Assembly: GCF_003966335.1 (NCBI RefSeq)
Contig: NZ_CP034549.1
Span: 1,890,001 to 1,922,000 of the forward strand
From: Nonlabens ponticola
GTDB taxonomy: Bacteria; Bacteroidota; Bacteroidia; Flavobacteriales; Flavobacteriaceae
Direction of reading: 5' to 3'
Length of the DNA stretch: 32,000 nt
Position numbers and translations under genes: made by a program. Below, in pieces: positions 18,030-26,632 of the stretch (position 1 is its first letter; each line of letters begins with the position of its first letter). The notes beneath the pieces are model-generated. The model was not told the origin of the DNA and did no database searches. It saw only the letters and a list, made by a program, of their open reading frames with translations.

Positions 18030-18063
18030 AAAAAAAGCCTTCCTGAGTTATCAGGAAGGCTTT
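18030..18063 (-). terminator. Rho-independent terminator ending the ECF-sigma operon
   Basis: Perfect 13-bp stem (aaagccttcctga / tcaggaaggcttt) with a 4-nt loop, followed by a T7 run on the minus strand. It lies 22 nt past the stop at 18085. Confidence 0.85.
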
Positions 18064-18084
18064 AAAATATGACTTAGAATGTGT

Positions 18085-18813
18085 TTACATCTTGGTAATA
18101 TCACCACTACCCATCACTGATTTTTTGATGTCGCTAGTTTTTCCTTTATATCTCAAATCACCTGATCCAACGATACTAGCATTCATCTTACCACCATTAC
18201 AAAAAACAGATACGTCACCGCTACCTGCAATGCTGGCGCGTACATTATTTGCCTTGAGGCCGTAAGCACTGATGTCACCACTACCAGCAACTGATGCATT
18301 TAAATTTTCAGTACGACCGCTCATTTTAAGATCACCACTACCAGCGACATTTAATTCAAGAGCTCTAGATTCCGTAGTGAGTGTGATATCGCCGCTACCA
18401 GCAACAGATACTTCCATTTTGTCTGATTTTAAGGTTAAATCGCTTGAGATATCACCGCTACCAGCCATACTTATTCTGCTTATATCCTTCACAGGAACGG
18501 TGACCATGATCCCTTTGCGCGTGTTGATATTGATACCATCCTTAACGCCTATTTCTAATTTATCACCTTTGGTCTCTATTTCTAGGTATTCCATGATGTT
18601 AGATTCTGCTTCTACCTCGATAGTACCTTCGGTACCAGCAACGAGTACCACATCCATCGATCCAGCTACTTTAATCTGATCATAATCATCGGTGTTAAAA
18701 GTTTGGGTGATCACGTCACCGTTACCAGACACTTTTTTATTACTGCTCCACCATTGTGCATTTGTTGATTGAAATGCGATAAGAGCGATTGCTACTATAA
18801 TTACTTTTTTCAT
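18085..18813 (-). CDS. Secreted beta-helix repeat protein, DUF2807 / 'head GIN domain' putative adhesin family
   Basis: It has a signal peptide (MKKVIIVAIALIAFQSTNA). Seven (A)GSGD[ILV] repeats are spaced about 19-22 aa apart, as in DUF2807 proteins. Confidence 0.7.
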   Translation of the reverse strand: MKKVIIVAIALIAFQSTNAQWWSSNKKVSGNGDVITQTFNTDDYDQIKVAGSMDVVLVAGTEGTIEVEAESNIMEYLEIETKGDKLEIGVKDGININTRKGIMVTVPVKDISRISMAGSGDISSDLTLKSDKMEVSVAGSGDITLTTESRALELNVAGSGDLKMSGRTENLNASVAGSGDISAYGLKANNVRASIAGSGDVSVFCNGGKMNASIVGSGDLRYKGKTSDIKKSVMGSGDITKM

Positions 18814-18837
18814 GTTATTTAATTTTAAGATTGATTA

Positions 18838-19914
18838 TTAGTTATTAGGATTTAAAGATACACTGCCAAAACTGCTGTTCACCGTGATTCTATTGGAACT
18901 CTTATTGTCGAGGTGATAACCTTCTTTAAATTTCTCTGTACCATCACTGCGTGATTGCGTGGTTGTCAATGAGCTATTTACTTTGAGTGAACCAAATTCA
19001 GTATCCAGCTCATAGGTAAATGCCGCTGCAGGGTCGTAACCTATTTTAACCGTTGTATAGTCTGATTTTACATCGATCATCTTGAAGCCATTCATTGCTT
19101 TCCCAATATTCACGGTTCCAAAGTCTGCATTAAAATCACCGCTCTCTTTGATGTAGTCGATGGACACGTTTGAATAATCGCCACGGCCGTCGACGTTGTC
19201 AACACCTTCAACATTTATGGTGCTAAAATCACTATTGTATTTCAAGTTCTTGATCTGTGGTAGCTTTGCCTTGGTATAATCTCCTGAAAAATCTAGATTA
19301 TCAGCGCCGTAGATTCTAAAATTGCTAAAGTCTGCCTTGATGATGGCCTCTTTTACATAATCGATGTTACTATTATCAGTGTAATCAAATGATAGCTTAT
19401 TGTCTGTATGCAATAATTGACCTATTTGCAGGCGACCAAAGTCACAGGAAATATCAGTAGGTGCGCTCAACTTTTCTATAATAACAGCACCATAATCATT
19501 GCTCAATTCAAGCGGTGATGCTACTGGGATTTTCACGAGGTAATTCACCTGTATATTAGCGTTTTTACTGGCTTTCCACCAGTTCCACACGCCTGATGAT
19601 GTTGACGGTATATAAGTCTCTGCGCTTACTCGAGAACTAGAGGCATTAAAAGTGACGTCCACTTCTCTCAATTTCTCATCGACGATGTTCTCATCATTAC
19701 CGCTTACTTCTACATAAACCTCGATGCTCACAATATTTTTATCCCACGTTTCAATCGTCACATCGCCAAAGCTGTTCTCAATATCTACCAACGCATCGCT
19801 GTTGACATTGTAGGATTGCTTGATGCTCTTAGTTTTATTAAACTTATCTATAGGTACAGCGAGCGCGATGGCTGGCAGCAATATCAATACTATAAGTGTG
19901 TTATATAATTTCAT
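18838..19914 (-). CDS. Secreted beta-strand repeat protein (DUF4097-like putative adhesin), function unknown
   Basis: It has a signal peptide (MKLYNTLIVLILLPAIALA). The sequence is rich in repeated D[FY]S/G...V/I beta-strand units. The ATG at 19914 is preferred; the alternative GTG at 19944 would add 10 aa. Either start overlaps the upstream gene. Confidence 0.6.
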   Translation of the reverse strand: MKLYNTLIVLILLPAIALAVPIDKFNKTKSIKQSYNVNSDALVDIENSFGDVTIETWDKNIVSIEVYVEVSGNDENIVDEKLREVDVTFNASSSRVSAETYIPSTSSGVWNWWKASKNANIQVNYLVKIPVASPLELSNDYGAVIIEKLSAPTDISCDFGRLQIGQLLHTDNKLSFDYTDNSNIDYVKEAIIKADFSNFRIYGADNLDFSGDYTKAKLPQIKNLKYNSDFSTINVEGVDNVDGRGDYSNVSIDYIKESGDFNADFGTVNIGKAMNGFKMIDVKSDYTTVKIGYDPAAAFTYELDTEFGSLKVNSSLTTTQSRSDGTEKFKEGYHLDNKSSNRITVNSSFGSVSLNPNN

Positions 19915-20482
19915 TTTTTTGTTCTTTGATTTGTTGTTGGGCACTTCTTATTTGATCCTTGGCGTCCTCGAGTAACTGGATCCTATTTTGATAATTCTGT
20001 ATCATCGCGTCGATGACCTTGGGATTATCGGCATTGACTTTAAAGTCTTTTTGAATCTTTTTAAAATCTGTTTCCAGCATGGCTAGATTTGCCTTGACAT
20101 CTGCAATGATTCGCTCTGTTTCTGGAGCTTGCATTCTGTCCAGTGCCGCGAGTTGTGACTTGATAGCTAGATCATAGAAGTCTTGCTTCTGTGCAAGTTC
20201 TGGTGTCACAGTTGGTGTTAGGGATTGATTGTATTGACCTACTATGAAATTTCCCATTCCTAGCAACACAAGGATTGCTGCTGCGATGCCCCATTTTTTA
20301 ATAATGGCTAGGGTGAATAATTTACCGCTAGGCTTTTCATCAATATCGTCACTTGTACCATCTGTATGTTGATCTTCACAGGCATCATCCAGCTTTTGTA
20401 AAAATCTAGCAGCGTGACCGTCTTTGAGGTCAGCAGTGTCAAAGTCTTGCTGCTCAAACCATTCCTTCATTGATTCTTTCAT
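19901..20482 (-). CDS. Single-pass membrane protein in the anti-sigma position (no zinc-binding HxxxCxxC motif)
   Basis: Its ATG overlaps the sigma-factor stop (ATGA). It has a short acidic N-terminal domain containing GHAARFLQKL, one TM helix (WGIAAAILVLLGMGNFIV) and a coiled-coil-like C-terminal domain. Confidence 0.6.
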   Translation of the reverse strand: MKESMKEWFEQQDFDTADLKDGHAARFLQKLDDACEDQHTDGTSDDIDEKPSGKLFTLAIIKKWGIAAAILVLLGMGNFIVGQYNQSLTPTVTPELAQKQDFYDLAIKSQLAALDRMQAPETERIIADVKANLAMLETDFKKIQKDFKVNADNPKVIDAMIQNYQNRIQLLEDAKDQIRSAQQQIKEQKNEII

Positions 20483-21024
20483 AGGGCTTGCATTTTATTT
20501 TTAAGACTTGTTTTAGCACGCGATAAGGTTGTTCTACACATCCCATGACTAATGTTCATGATGTGACTTATTTCCTCATTATCCATTCCTTCTATCAGGT
20601 GCAAATTCAATATTTGTCTATAACTTTCTTTAAGGGTTTTCATTACTTCAAGCACTTTTGTAGCGGTTGCGCCACTTTCTGCGAGATCCAGTGGCTCATC
20701 GTCTGGTACCTGCTCATATTGCTCATCATCCATAGCCACCATGGGCATGCGTTTATTTTTTCTCAAGTAGGTCAAGCTGTTATTGACTACTATGCGCTTT
20801 AACCAGCTGCCAAAGGTTGCCGTACGATTCCAGTCGGCCATCTTAGCAAAGGCTGTGATCATGCTTTCCTGCATAATATCTTCGGCCTGTGCAGTGTCCT
20901 GCACGATACGTAACGAGACGTTATACATACCGCGTGCATAATCGTTGTACACTTTCATTTGCGCCTTGCGGCTGCCTTGCTGGCACAGGTCAAAAAGATC
21001 GTTTTCGGTTGGTTGTAAATTCAC
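20479..21024 (-). CDS. ECF-type RNA polymerase sigma-70 factor
   Basis: Region 2 is recognisable (YNDYARGMYNVSLRIVQDTAQAEDIMQESMITAF ... WLKRIVVNNSLTYLRK), as is the region 4 HTH (EGMDNEEISHIMNISHGMCRTTLSRAKTSLK). The start codon is GTG at 21022-21024. Confidence 0.85.
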   Translation of the reverse strand: MNLQPTENDLFDLCQQGSRKAQMKVYNDYARGMYNVSLRIVQDTAQAEDIMQESMITAFAKMADWNRTATFGSWLKRIVVNNSLTYLRKNKRMPMVAMDDEQYEQVPDDEPLDLAESGATATKVLEVMKTLKESYRQILNLHLIEGMDNEEISHIMNISHGMCRTTLSRAKTSLKNKMQAL

Positions 21025-21198
21025 TTGGTCAGTGTTTCTGTATTAAAGATGCAACTTTTGCGATCATGTTACAGTCGGTGGCATTGATTTTGAAAAAATG
21101 TTTGTAGTAAGGTGGTTGTAGAAGTCACGATACCATCTTGTTTACCTGATTATTGAGAGTACAATAATTTGATTAACAGGTGATTGACTTTTAATGTG

Positions 21199-21219
21199 TT
21201 AGCTTTCGCGAAAGCGTAA
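21199..21219. repeat. Palindromic intergenic element, copy 4 (TTAGCTTTCGCGAAAGCGTAA)
   Basis: The 14-nt core is exact. The flank ttaatgtg lies 5' on the plus strand. It sits between the divergent ECF sigma and lon genes. Confidence 0.85.
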
Positions 21220-21301
21220 TAATCCAACAACATCTTGCAAACAATTTTTATACTAACAAGAAGCCAACTGTGTGCTGACATAGTGGCGAGTTTAATGATA
21301 T

Positions 21302-23755
21302 ATGCGTAAACCAAAGAAATTTCATATTGACATAATGTCACAGGATCAGTTTGATCAAGATGCGGAATTTATACCGCTGCTGAGCAGCGAGGATGAGAAA
21401 GAAATGAATGCCGAGGCGGTTCCAGAATCCTTGCCTATACTGCCATTGCGTAACATGGTGTTGTTTCCAGGTGTGGTAATTCCCATCACCGCAGGACGTG
21501 ATCAATCCATAAAATTATTGCAGGAAGCCAACAAGGCGAGCGAGGTCATAGGTGTGGTTGCTCAAAAAGACGAGACCATTGAAGATCCTACCAAAGATGA
21601 TCTACATGCTACAGGCGTGGTGGCACGTATTCTCAAGGTATTCAAGATGCCTGATGGTAATACGACCGTGATTATTCAGGGTAAAAAACGTTTTGAGCTA
21701 GGTGAAATCACTGATACAGACCCTTATTTGCGTGCCACCACGATAGCTGTTGATGAGGCTAGACCAGCCGCAGATAATGAGGAGTTCAAGGCGATCATTG
21801 ATAATATCAAAGAATTATCGTTAGAGATCATTAAGGAAAGTCCCAACATTCCTAGCGAGGCGTCGTTTGCGATTAAGAATATCGAGTCAAGTTCATTCCT
21901 TGTGAACTTTGTCTCGTCCAATATGAACCTGAAGGTTGAGGACAAACAAAAGCTTTTGGAAATCAATGACCTCAAAGAGCGAGCGCTGGAAACATTGCGT
22001 TTCATGAACATCGAGCGCCAGAAGTTAGAGCTCAAAAATGATATCCAGTCTAGAGTCCAGACCGATATCAACAAGCAGCAGCGTGAGTATTTCCTACATC
22101 AACAAATGAAGACCATCCAGGAAGAATTGGGTGGTGGCGTGAGTTCTCATCAAGAGATTGATGAAATGCGACAACGCGCCAAGAGTAAAAAGTGGGACGA
22201 CAAGGTCAAAGAGCATTTTGAAAAAGAACTTGCCAAGATGCAACGCATGAATCCGCAAGTTGCAGAATTTTCCATACAGCGCAATTACCTGGATCTGTTC
22301 CTCGATTTGCCATGGAACGAGTTTTCAAAAGATAATTTTGACCTGAAACGCGCGATGCGCATTTTGGATCGCGATCATTATGGTCTAGACGAGGTTAAGA
22401 AGCGCATCATTGAATATCTAGCGGTATTAAAACTGCGCAACGATATGAAATCGCCCATTTTATGTTTGTATGGACCACCAGGTGTTGGTAAAACATCACT
22501 AGGTAAATCTATTGCAGAGGCTTTGGGCCGAGAATATGTACGCATCTCGCTAGGAGGTTTGCGCGATGAAGCAGAAATACGCGGGCACCGTAAAACCTAT
22601 ATAGGCGCGATGCCTGGACGTATTATTCAAAGCATCAAGAAAGCTAAAACCTCTAATCCGGTTTTTGTTTTGGATGAAATTGATAAGCTGAGCAATTCAC
22701 ACAATGGTGATCCATCAAGCGCCATGTTAGAGGTACTAGATCCAGAACAAAACAACAGTTTTTATGATAATTTCCTAGAGATGGGATTTGATTTGAGTAA
22801 GGTGATGTTTGTCGCAACTTGTAACAGTTTACAGACGATACAACCAGCCTTGCGCGATCGTATGGAAATCATCAATGTGACTGGTTATACTATTGAGGAA
22901 AAAGTTGAGATAGGAAAGAAACACCTATTACCTAAACAACTTAAGGAACACGGACTTGATAATTCACACCTTAAAATAGGGAAGAAGCAAATTGAAAAAA
23001 TAGTTGAAGGCTACACTCGCGAGAGTGGCGTACGTACGCTAGACAAGCAAATGGCCCAAATGGTGCGCTATGCAGCCAAGAGTATTGCCATGGAAGAAGA
23101 ATATGATCTCAAAGTCACTAACGAGACAGTTGTCGAAGTATTGGGATCGCCTAAAATGCAGCGTGATAAGTATGAGAATAATGAGGTTGCTGGTGTAGTA
23201 ACTGGACTTGCCTGGACGAGAGTAGGTGGTGATATTCTTTTTATTGAATCCATCCTTAGTAAAGGAAAAGGACAGCTTTCCATCACAGGAAACTTAGGTA
23301 AAGTGATGAAAGAAAGTGCAACCATCGCTATGGAATACATCAAATCCAATGCAGATGTGTTGGGTATTGATCCAGAGATTTTTGGTAAGTACAATGTGCA
23401 CGTTCACGTACCAGAAGGAGCAACGCCTAAAGATGGTCCTAGCGCAGGTATCACGATGCTGACTTCGCTAGTATCGCTATTTACTCAGCGCAAGGTCAAG
23501 AAAAGCATTGCTATGACTGGTGAAATCACACTACGCGGTAAAGTCCTACCAGTAGGCGGAATCAAAGAAAAGATTCTAGCTGCAAAACGTGCACGAATCA
23601 AAGAAATCTTGCTCTGCGAGCAAAACCGCCGCGATATTGAAGAGATCAAACCAGAATACCTCAAAGGCTTGACGTTTCATTATGTAAGCGATATGAGCAA
23701 TGTTTTGGAATTGGCATTAACTAAGCAGAAAGTTAAGAATGCTAAGAAATTGTAG
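21302..23755 (+). CDS. lon: ATP-dependent Lon protease (endopeptidase La)
   Basis: It has a LON N-domain ([19 protein letters not shown]), a Walker A motif ([15 protein letters not shown]) and a protease domain with the catalytic Ser block ([14 protein letters not shown]) and GGIKEK. An alternative ATG lies at 21335. Confidence 0.95.
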   Translation: MRKPKKFHIDIMSQDQFDQDAEFIPLLSSEDEKEMNAEAVPESLPILPLRNMVLFPGVVIPITAGRDQSIKLLQEANKASEVIGVVAQKDETIEDPTKDDLHATGVVARILKVFKMPDGNTTVIIQGKKRFELGEITDTDPYLRATTIAVDEARPAADNEEFKAIIDNIKELSLEIIKESPNIPSEASFAIKNIESSSFLVNFVSSNMNLKVEDKQKLLEINDLKERALETLRFMNIERQKLELKNDIQSRVQTDINKQQREYFLHQQMKTIQEELGGGVSSHQEIDEMRQRAKSKKWDDKVKEHFEKELAKMQRMNPQVAEFSIQRNYLDLFLDLPWNEFSKDNFDLKRAMRILDRDHYGLDEVKKRIIEYLAVLKLRNDMKSPILCLYGPPGVGKTSLGKSIAEALGREYVRISLGGLRDEAEIRGHRKTYIGAMPGRIIQSIKKAKTSNPVFVLDEIDKLSNSHNGDPSSAMLEVLDPEQNNSFYDNFLEMGFDLSKVMFVATCNSLQTIQPALRDRMEIINVTGYTIEEKVEIGKKHLLPKQLKEHGLDNSHLKIGKKQIEKIVEGYTRESGVRTLDKQMAQMVRYAAKSIAMEEEYDLKVTNETVVEVLGSPKMQRDKYENNEVAGVVTGLAWTRVGGDILFIESILSKGKGQLSITGNLGKVMKESATIAMEYIKSNADVLGIDPEIFGKYNVHVHVPEGATPKDGPSAGITMLTSLVSLFTQRKVKKSIAMTGEITLRGKVLPVGGIKEKILAAKRARIKEILLCEQNRRDIEEIKPEYLKGLTFHYVSDMSNVLELALTKQKVKNAKKL

Positions 23756-23777
23756 GTATTAATTTATTTGAAAGACG

Positions 23778-23810
23778 AAGCCTAGCATTATTGCTGGGCT
23801 TTCTTATTTC
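23778..23810 (+). terminator. Probable rho-independent terminator of lon
   Basis: 10-bp stem (aagcctagca / tgctgggctt, one G-U pair) with a 4-nt loop, followed by the T-rich tcttatttc. Confidence 0.6.
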
Positions 23811-23915
23811 ATGATTTTGCTTCAGTTTCATTTGTGGTACGTATTAACATGTCCTTGTTGTCAAGCCTTTGGTGGTTTTTGCTAGCCATAAATTAATTAT
23901 CAGGGCATAAATAAT

Positions 23916-23942
23916 TTGAGGTCATTTAAAGCAGTACTTTTG
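23916..23942 (+). promoter_or_regulatory. Candidate promoter for the J-domain gene (TTG at 23916-23918 plus TACTTTTG at 23935-23942)
   Basis: Exact TAnnTTTG match 20 nt upstream of the ATG at 23963. Confidence 0.4.
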
Positions 23943-23962
23943 CACGCTCAAAAATAGGCGTG

Positions 23963-24412
23963 ATGAAACGAATCAATCAGTACAAAAAAATGTTCCATGT
24001 AGAAGGAAACATTGACCTCAAGGAACTTAAAAAGTCCTATCGCAATCTTGTGAAGGAATGGCATCCAGATAAGTTTCAAGACGGAGACAATAAAAAAGAC
24101 GAGGCAGAAGTCATGAGCCGCCAAATCATTGACGGCTATCATTTTCTAGTAAGTATTGCACCAGAAACTAAGGAAGCTAACCTCGATGCATACAAGCAGA
24201 CAACTACTAATTCTGGAATTGAAGACTTTGATCACAAAGGTCAAGTTCTAGAAATCACTTTTCTTGATGGCAGTACTTATGAATACTTTGGTGTGCAAAA
24301 AAACATTTTCCAAAAATTAATCAACGCACCTAACCGCTATAGATATGCTAAGCGTAACATTTTCAATAACTATCTATATCGCAAGAGTAAAAAAGATAAA
24401 GAAATGGCATAA
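23963..24412 (+). CDS. J-domain (DnaJ N-terminal) protein with a C-terminal KTSC-like domain
   Basis: The J-domain is marked by KKSYRNLVKEWHPDKF (HPD motif). The C-terminal LEITFLDGSTYEYFGVQKNIFQKLINAPNRYRYAKRNI resembles the KTSC domain pattern. The ATG at 23963 is preferred over the adjacent GTG at 23960. Confidence 0.7.
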   Translation: MKRINQYKKMFHVEGNIDLKELKKSYRNLVKEWHPDKFQDGDNKKDEAEVMSRQIIDGYHFLVSIAPETKEANLDAYKQTTTNSGIEDFDHKGQVLEITFLDGSTYEYFGVQKNIFQKLINAPNRYRYAKRNIFNNYLYRKSKKDKEMA

Positions 24413-24430
24413 GGTCGATGGATAGGCGTA

Positions 24431-24458
24431 AAAGCTTCCTCATTTAAGGAAGTTTTTT
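24431..24458 (+). terminator. Hairpin plus T-run between convergent genes (possibly a bidirectional terminator)
   Basis: 9-bp stem (aaagcttcc / ggaagtttt, one G-U pair) with an 8-nt loop, followed by a T-run. An A-run precedes it, which would serve the opposite strand. Confidence 0.55.
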
Positions 24459-24493
24459 AATGAATAGTATCTACCAGCTTTGTAAGGTTTTAT

Positions 24494-24880
24494 TTATAAT
24501 CGTGCACCACCATATTTGGAAACCCCATAAGCCCACCAAATCAACAATGGGTGAATAACAATAAGACGTGCCCAACCAATCCACGGATCAAGACATAAAT
24601 CGCCAGCGCAACTATCGTTCATAATGAAGTAAATATGCGAGATGGTAAAAGCGAGCAGCATGGCTACTGCTAGTAAGCCAGCTGTTTTTCTGGTGCGATT
24701 GAATATAACGAGAATGGCCACCAACAGCTCAGTAGCGCCAGCGAGGTAATTAATGATGGCTGGATCACCTAACCAATCTGGAATTACCGGAAAATAGACT
24801 TCAGGATTTACAAAATGGACGACTCCTGCGACACCATAAAAGATAATGAATGCGAAGACCGAGACTTTACTCCAGTTCAT
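24494..24880 (-). CDS. DoxX-like small integral membrane protein (4 TM)
   Basis: 128 aa with four hydrophobic segments. The pattern FPVIPDWLGDP...GATELLVAILVIFNRTRKTAG fits the DoxX/DoxX_2 pattern. It overlaps the upstream gene by 14 nt. Confidence 0.6.
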   Translation of the reverse strand: MNWSKVSVFAFIIFYGVAGVVHFVNPEVYFPVIPDWLGDPAIINYLAGATELLVAILVIFNRTRKTAGLLAVAMLLAFTISHIYFIMNDSCAGDLCLDPWIGWARLIVIHPLLIWWAYGVSKYGGARL

Positions 24881-25340
24881 TAATATTTTGTTTCTGGATG
24901 TATTTGATTAGATAATCAAAATCTGGATTGCTCTGTATCAACGTGTCATTTTGAACTTTTATGGTTTCACAATACTGGGTATCCTCGTACCACAAATATG
25001 AATAGCCTTGTGCATTGGTTTTACCATTGCAGGAATAGCTCAAAGTATAAGTTTTGAATTCTGGCTCTTCCGCAAGTCCTTCTGAGATAAGCTTTGCGCT
25101 GTTTTCTTTAAAAATAAAAGTACTGTATGGATAATCAATGCGTGTCCAGGTACCTTGTAATTGATCTTCTAGCCGACCAATCTTTTCTTCGTAACGTTCC
25201 TTATTTTCTTTTTTCGTAGAATTCTCAACGTCCTGAACCTCTATAAACTCTTGATCCGCTTTATCTCTTTTATTTTTATCGTCACAGGAAATGATCAATA
25301 CTGATGATACAAACAAAATAAACAGACCAACCTTTTTCAT
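24867..25340 (-). CDS. Small lipoprotein, unknown function
   Basis: It has a signal peptide with a lipobox (LFILFVSSVLIISCDD). I do not recognise any family. It starts 8 nt after the upstream gene. Confidence 0.65.
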   Translation of the reverse strand: MKKVGLFILFVSSVLIISCDDKNKRDKADQEFIEVQDVENSTKKENKERYEEKIGRLEDQLQGTWTRIDYPYSTFIFKENSAKLISEGLAEEPEFKTYTLSYSCNGKTNAQGYSYLWYEDTQYCETIKVQNDTLIQSNPDFDYLIKYIQKQNINELE

Positions 25341-25348
25341 AAGACCTA

Positions 25349-25942
25349 TTATTGAGCAGACAGCATCGCGTCAATATTTATGTAAAAGAAAAGTCCGATT
25401 ACAAGAACAAATCCAATCATGATACACGCATAGGATATCTCGATATACTTAAATGATTGCTTGATGCGGTGTTCAAAAGAGAACATAGCTCGTACCTGGT
25501 TACCTACCTGCAAATCTTGACGTTCGAACAGCTCGTCATAGGCTTGTTCATATTCTTCCAAGGTTTTATTGTCGTTCATACCTACGGTGAATAAGTTAGA
25601 ACTAAGCGATGGGTATTTCTTTTTCACTTTCTCTCGATAGTTAAGAGCTAGTGAGTATATGTGCGGTCTGGATGCATTAATGGCAAACAGGAGCGAGAAA
25701 AAACAAAACAGCACTAATGTCAATCCCATAGCTCTGCCATATGGCATCTCACGTATTTGCTGAAAGAAAATGATGATCGCAGAAATAATTGTCGCATTAA
25801 TCCTAATCATAATCGCAGCCTTGCGGTCAATCATATTAAAACTGTTTACGTACAGCTTGTTTTGATTGCGCAAATAAGAATGAAAGGCGCGATTAAATTC
25901 CTTCTTTTTGTCTTTATTTTCCTTAGGTAATTCTTCAATCAT
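25349..25942 (-). CDS. Three-TM membrane protein resembling the DUF5706 / PycTM-domain family (no nucleotide-binding domain)
   Basis: The IDRKAAIMIRINATIISAIIIF segment matches the remembered D-x-KA plus TM1 start of DUF5706. A second TM follows directly and a third lies at the C-terminus. A TATTTTTG box at 25950-25957 (minus strand) sits only 7 nt upstream of the ATG. The family assignment is from memory and unverified. Confidence 0.45.
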   Translation of the reverse strand: MIEELPKENKDKKKEFNRAFHSYLRNQNKLYVNSFNMIDRKAAIMIRINATIISAIIIFFQQIREMPYGRAMGLTLVLFCFFSLLFAINASRPHIYSLALNYREKVKKKYPSLSSNLFTVGMNDNKTLEEYEQAYDELFERQDLQVGNQVRAMFSFEHRIKQSFKYIEISYACIMIGFVLVIGLFFYINIDAMLSAQ

Positions 25943-26008
25943 AGCATTTCAAAAATACTCTATTGTTTCTATAATTCTTACGAGAACTTAGATTTCCATA
26001 TTATGGGA

Positions 26009-26632
26009 TCAAAAGGTTACAGATACGTTTGAAGATTGGGTAATTTGTTTCCTGCAAATATGCTCAGCTTTAATGGGATCATCTAGGTTTTCTAAATACA
26101 ATTGGTCTGGTTTTACGACCGTTTGCTTATTAGATTTTTTAGTTGTTCCAGTACGTAGATCAATTATAAGACTGCCACGACCTTTATAATTTAATACCTC
26201 AATAGTTCCCGTAAAGGCAGACCATTCATAACTTTTATAGTTCGAAGAACCGTAACTAATCAATCTGGTATCCGTAGCAATGAAACCACCACCAGGTTTG
26301 AATAAGGTCCACAGAGTATAGCCTATTAATGATAAACCCACGATAACAAATAGCCCAATAAATAAGGCTGGAAAGAGCAGTGGTTCCCAGTCGTCAAGAC
26401 TACCTGTAACGGGAACATCGTTCTGGGTAAAAGACACTTTTCCTTCTGTGATTAAAGGCCCGAAGAACATAGTGGCTATGACACCAACAAATAAATTCCA
26501 AAATAACGCAAACCCCATAAGTTTGTAAGATTTGCGTCTAGGATAAAACCATCGATTTTTAGTTTTAAATAAAACTTCTTCTTTATCAATTACTTGATAG
26601 ATGTGTGATGGTATGTTGCCAGCAAAATTCAT
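26009..26632 (-). CDS. Two-TM membrane protein with a C-terminal bacterial PH (bPH/YdbS-like) domain
   Basis: There are two TM helices. The stretch GGFIATDTRLISYG...GSLIIDLRTG...YLENLDDPIKAEHI then fits the bPH_2 pattern. Its ATG directly abuts the purL stop (TAAATG). Confidence 0.55.
   Translation of the reverse strand: MNFAGNIPSHIYQVIDKEEVLFKTKNRWFYPRRKSYKLMGFALFWNLFVGVIATMFFGPLITEGKVSFTQNDVPVTGSLDDWEPLLFPALFIGLFVIVGLSLIGYTLWTLFKPGGGFIATDTRLISYGSSNYKSYEWSAFTGTIEVLNYKGRGSLIIDLRTGTTKKSNKQTVVKPDQLYLENLDDPIKAEHICRKQITQSSNVSVTF

Noticed and set aside
21150-21341. 63-aa minus-strand ORF in the sigma-lon intergenic region
   Set aside because: It spans the palindromic element and overlaps the lon start. 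It has no motif or promoter support, and the region is more plausibly regulatory DNA.
23811-23885. 24-codon Cys-rich hydrophobic mini-ORF (MILLQFHLWYVLTCPCCQAFGGFC) just after the lon terminator
   Set aside because: It begins 5 nt after the terminator T-run, with no promoter box upstream. ORFs of this size arise easily by chance in 200 nt of intergenic DNA. It would only be worth revisiting if ribosome profiling or conservation supported it.
25349-25942. Calling a Pycsar (cCMP/cUMP) anti-phage system from the PycTM-like protein
   Set aside because: No pyrimidine cyclase gene is adjacent and no cyclic-nucleotide-binding domain is fused. The family resemblance itself is unverified. I therefore report it only as a membrane protein with a possible DUF5706-type module.
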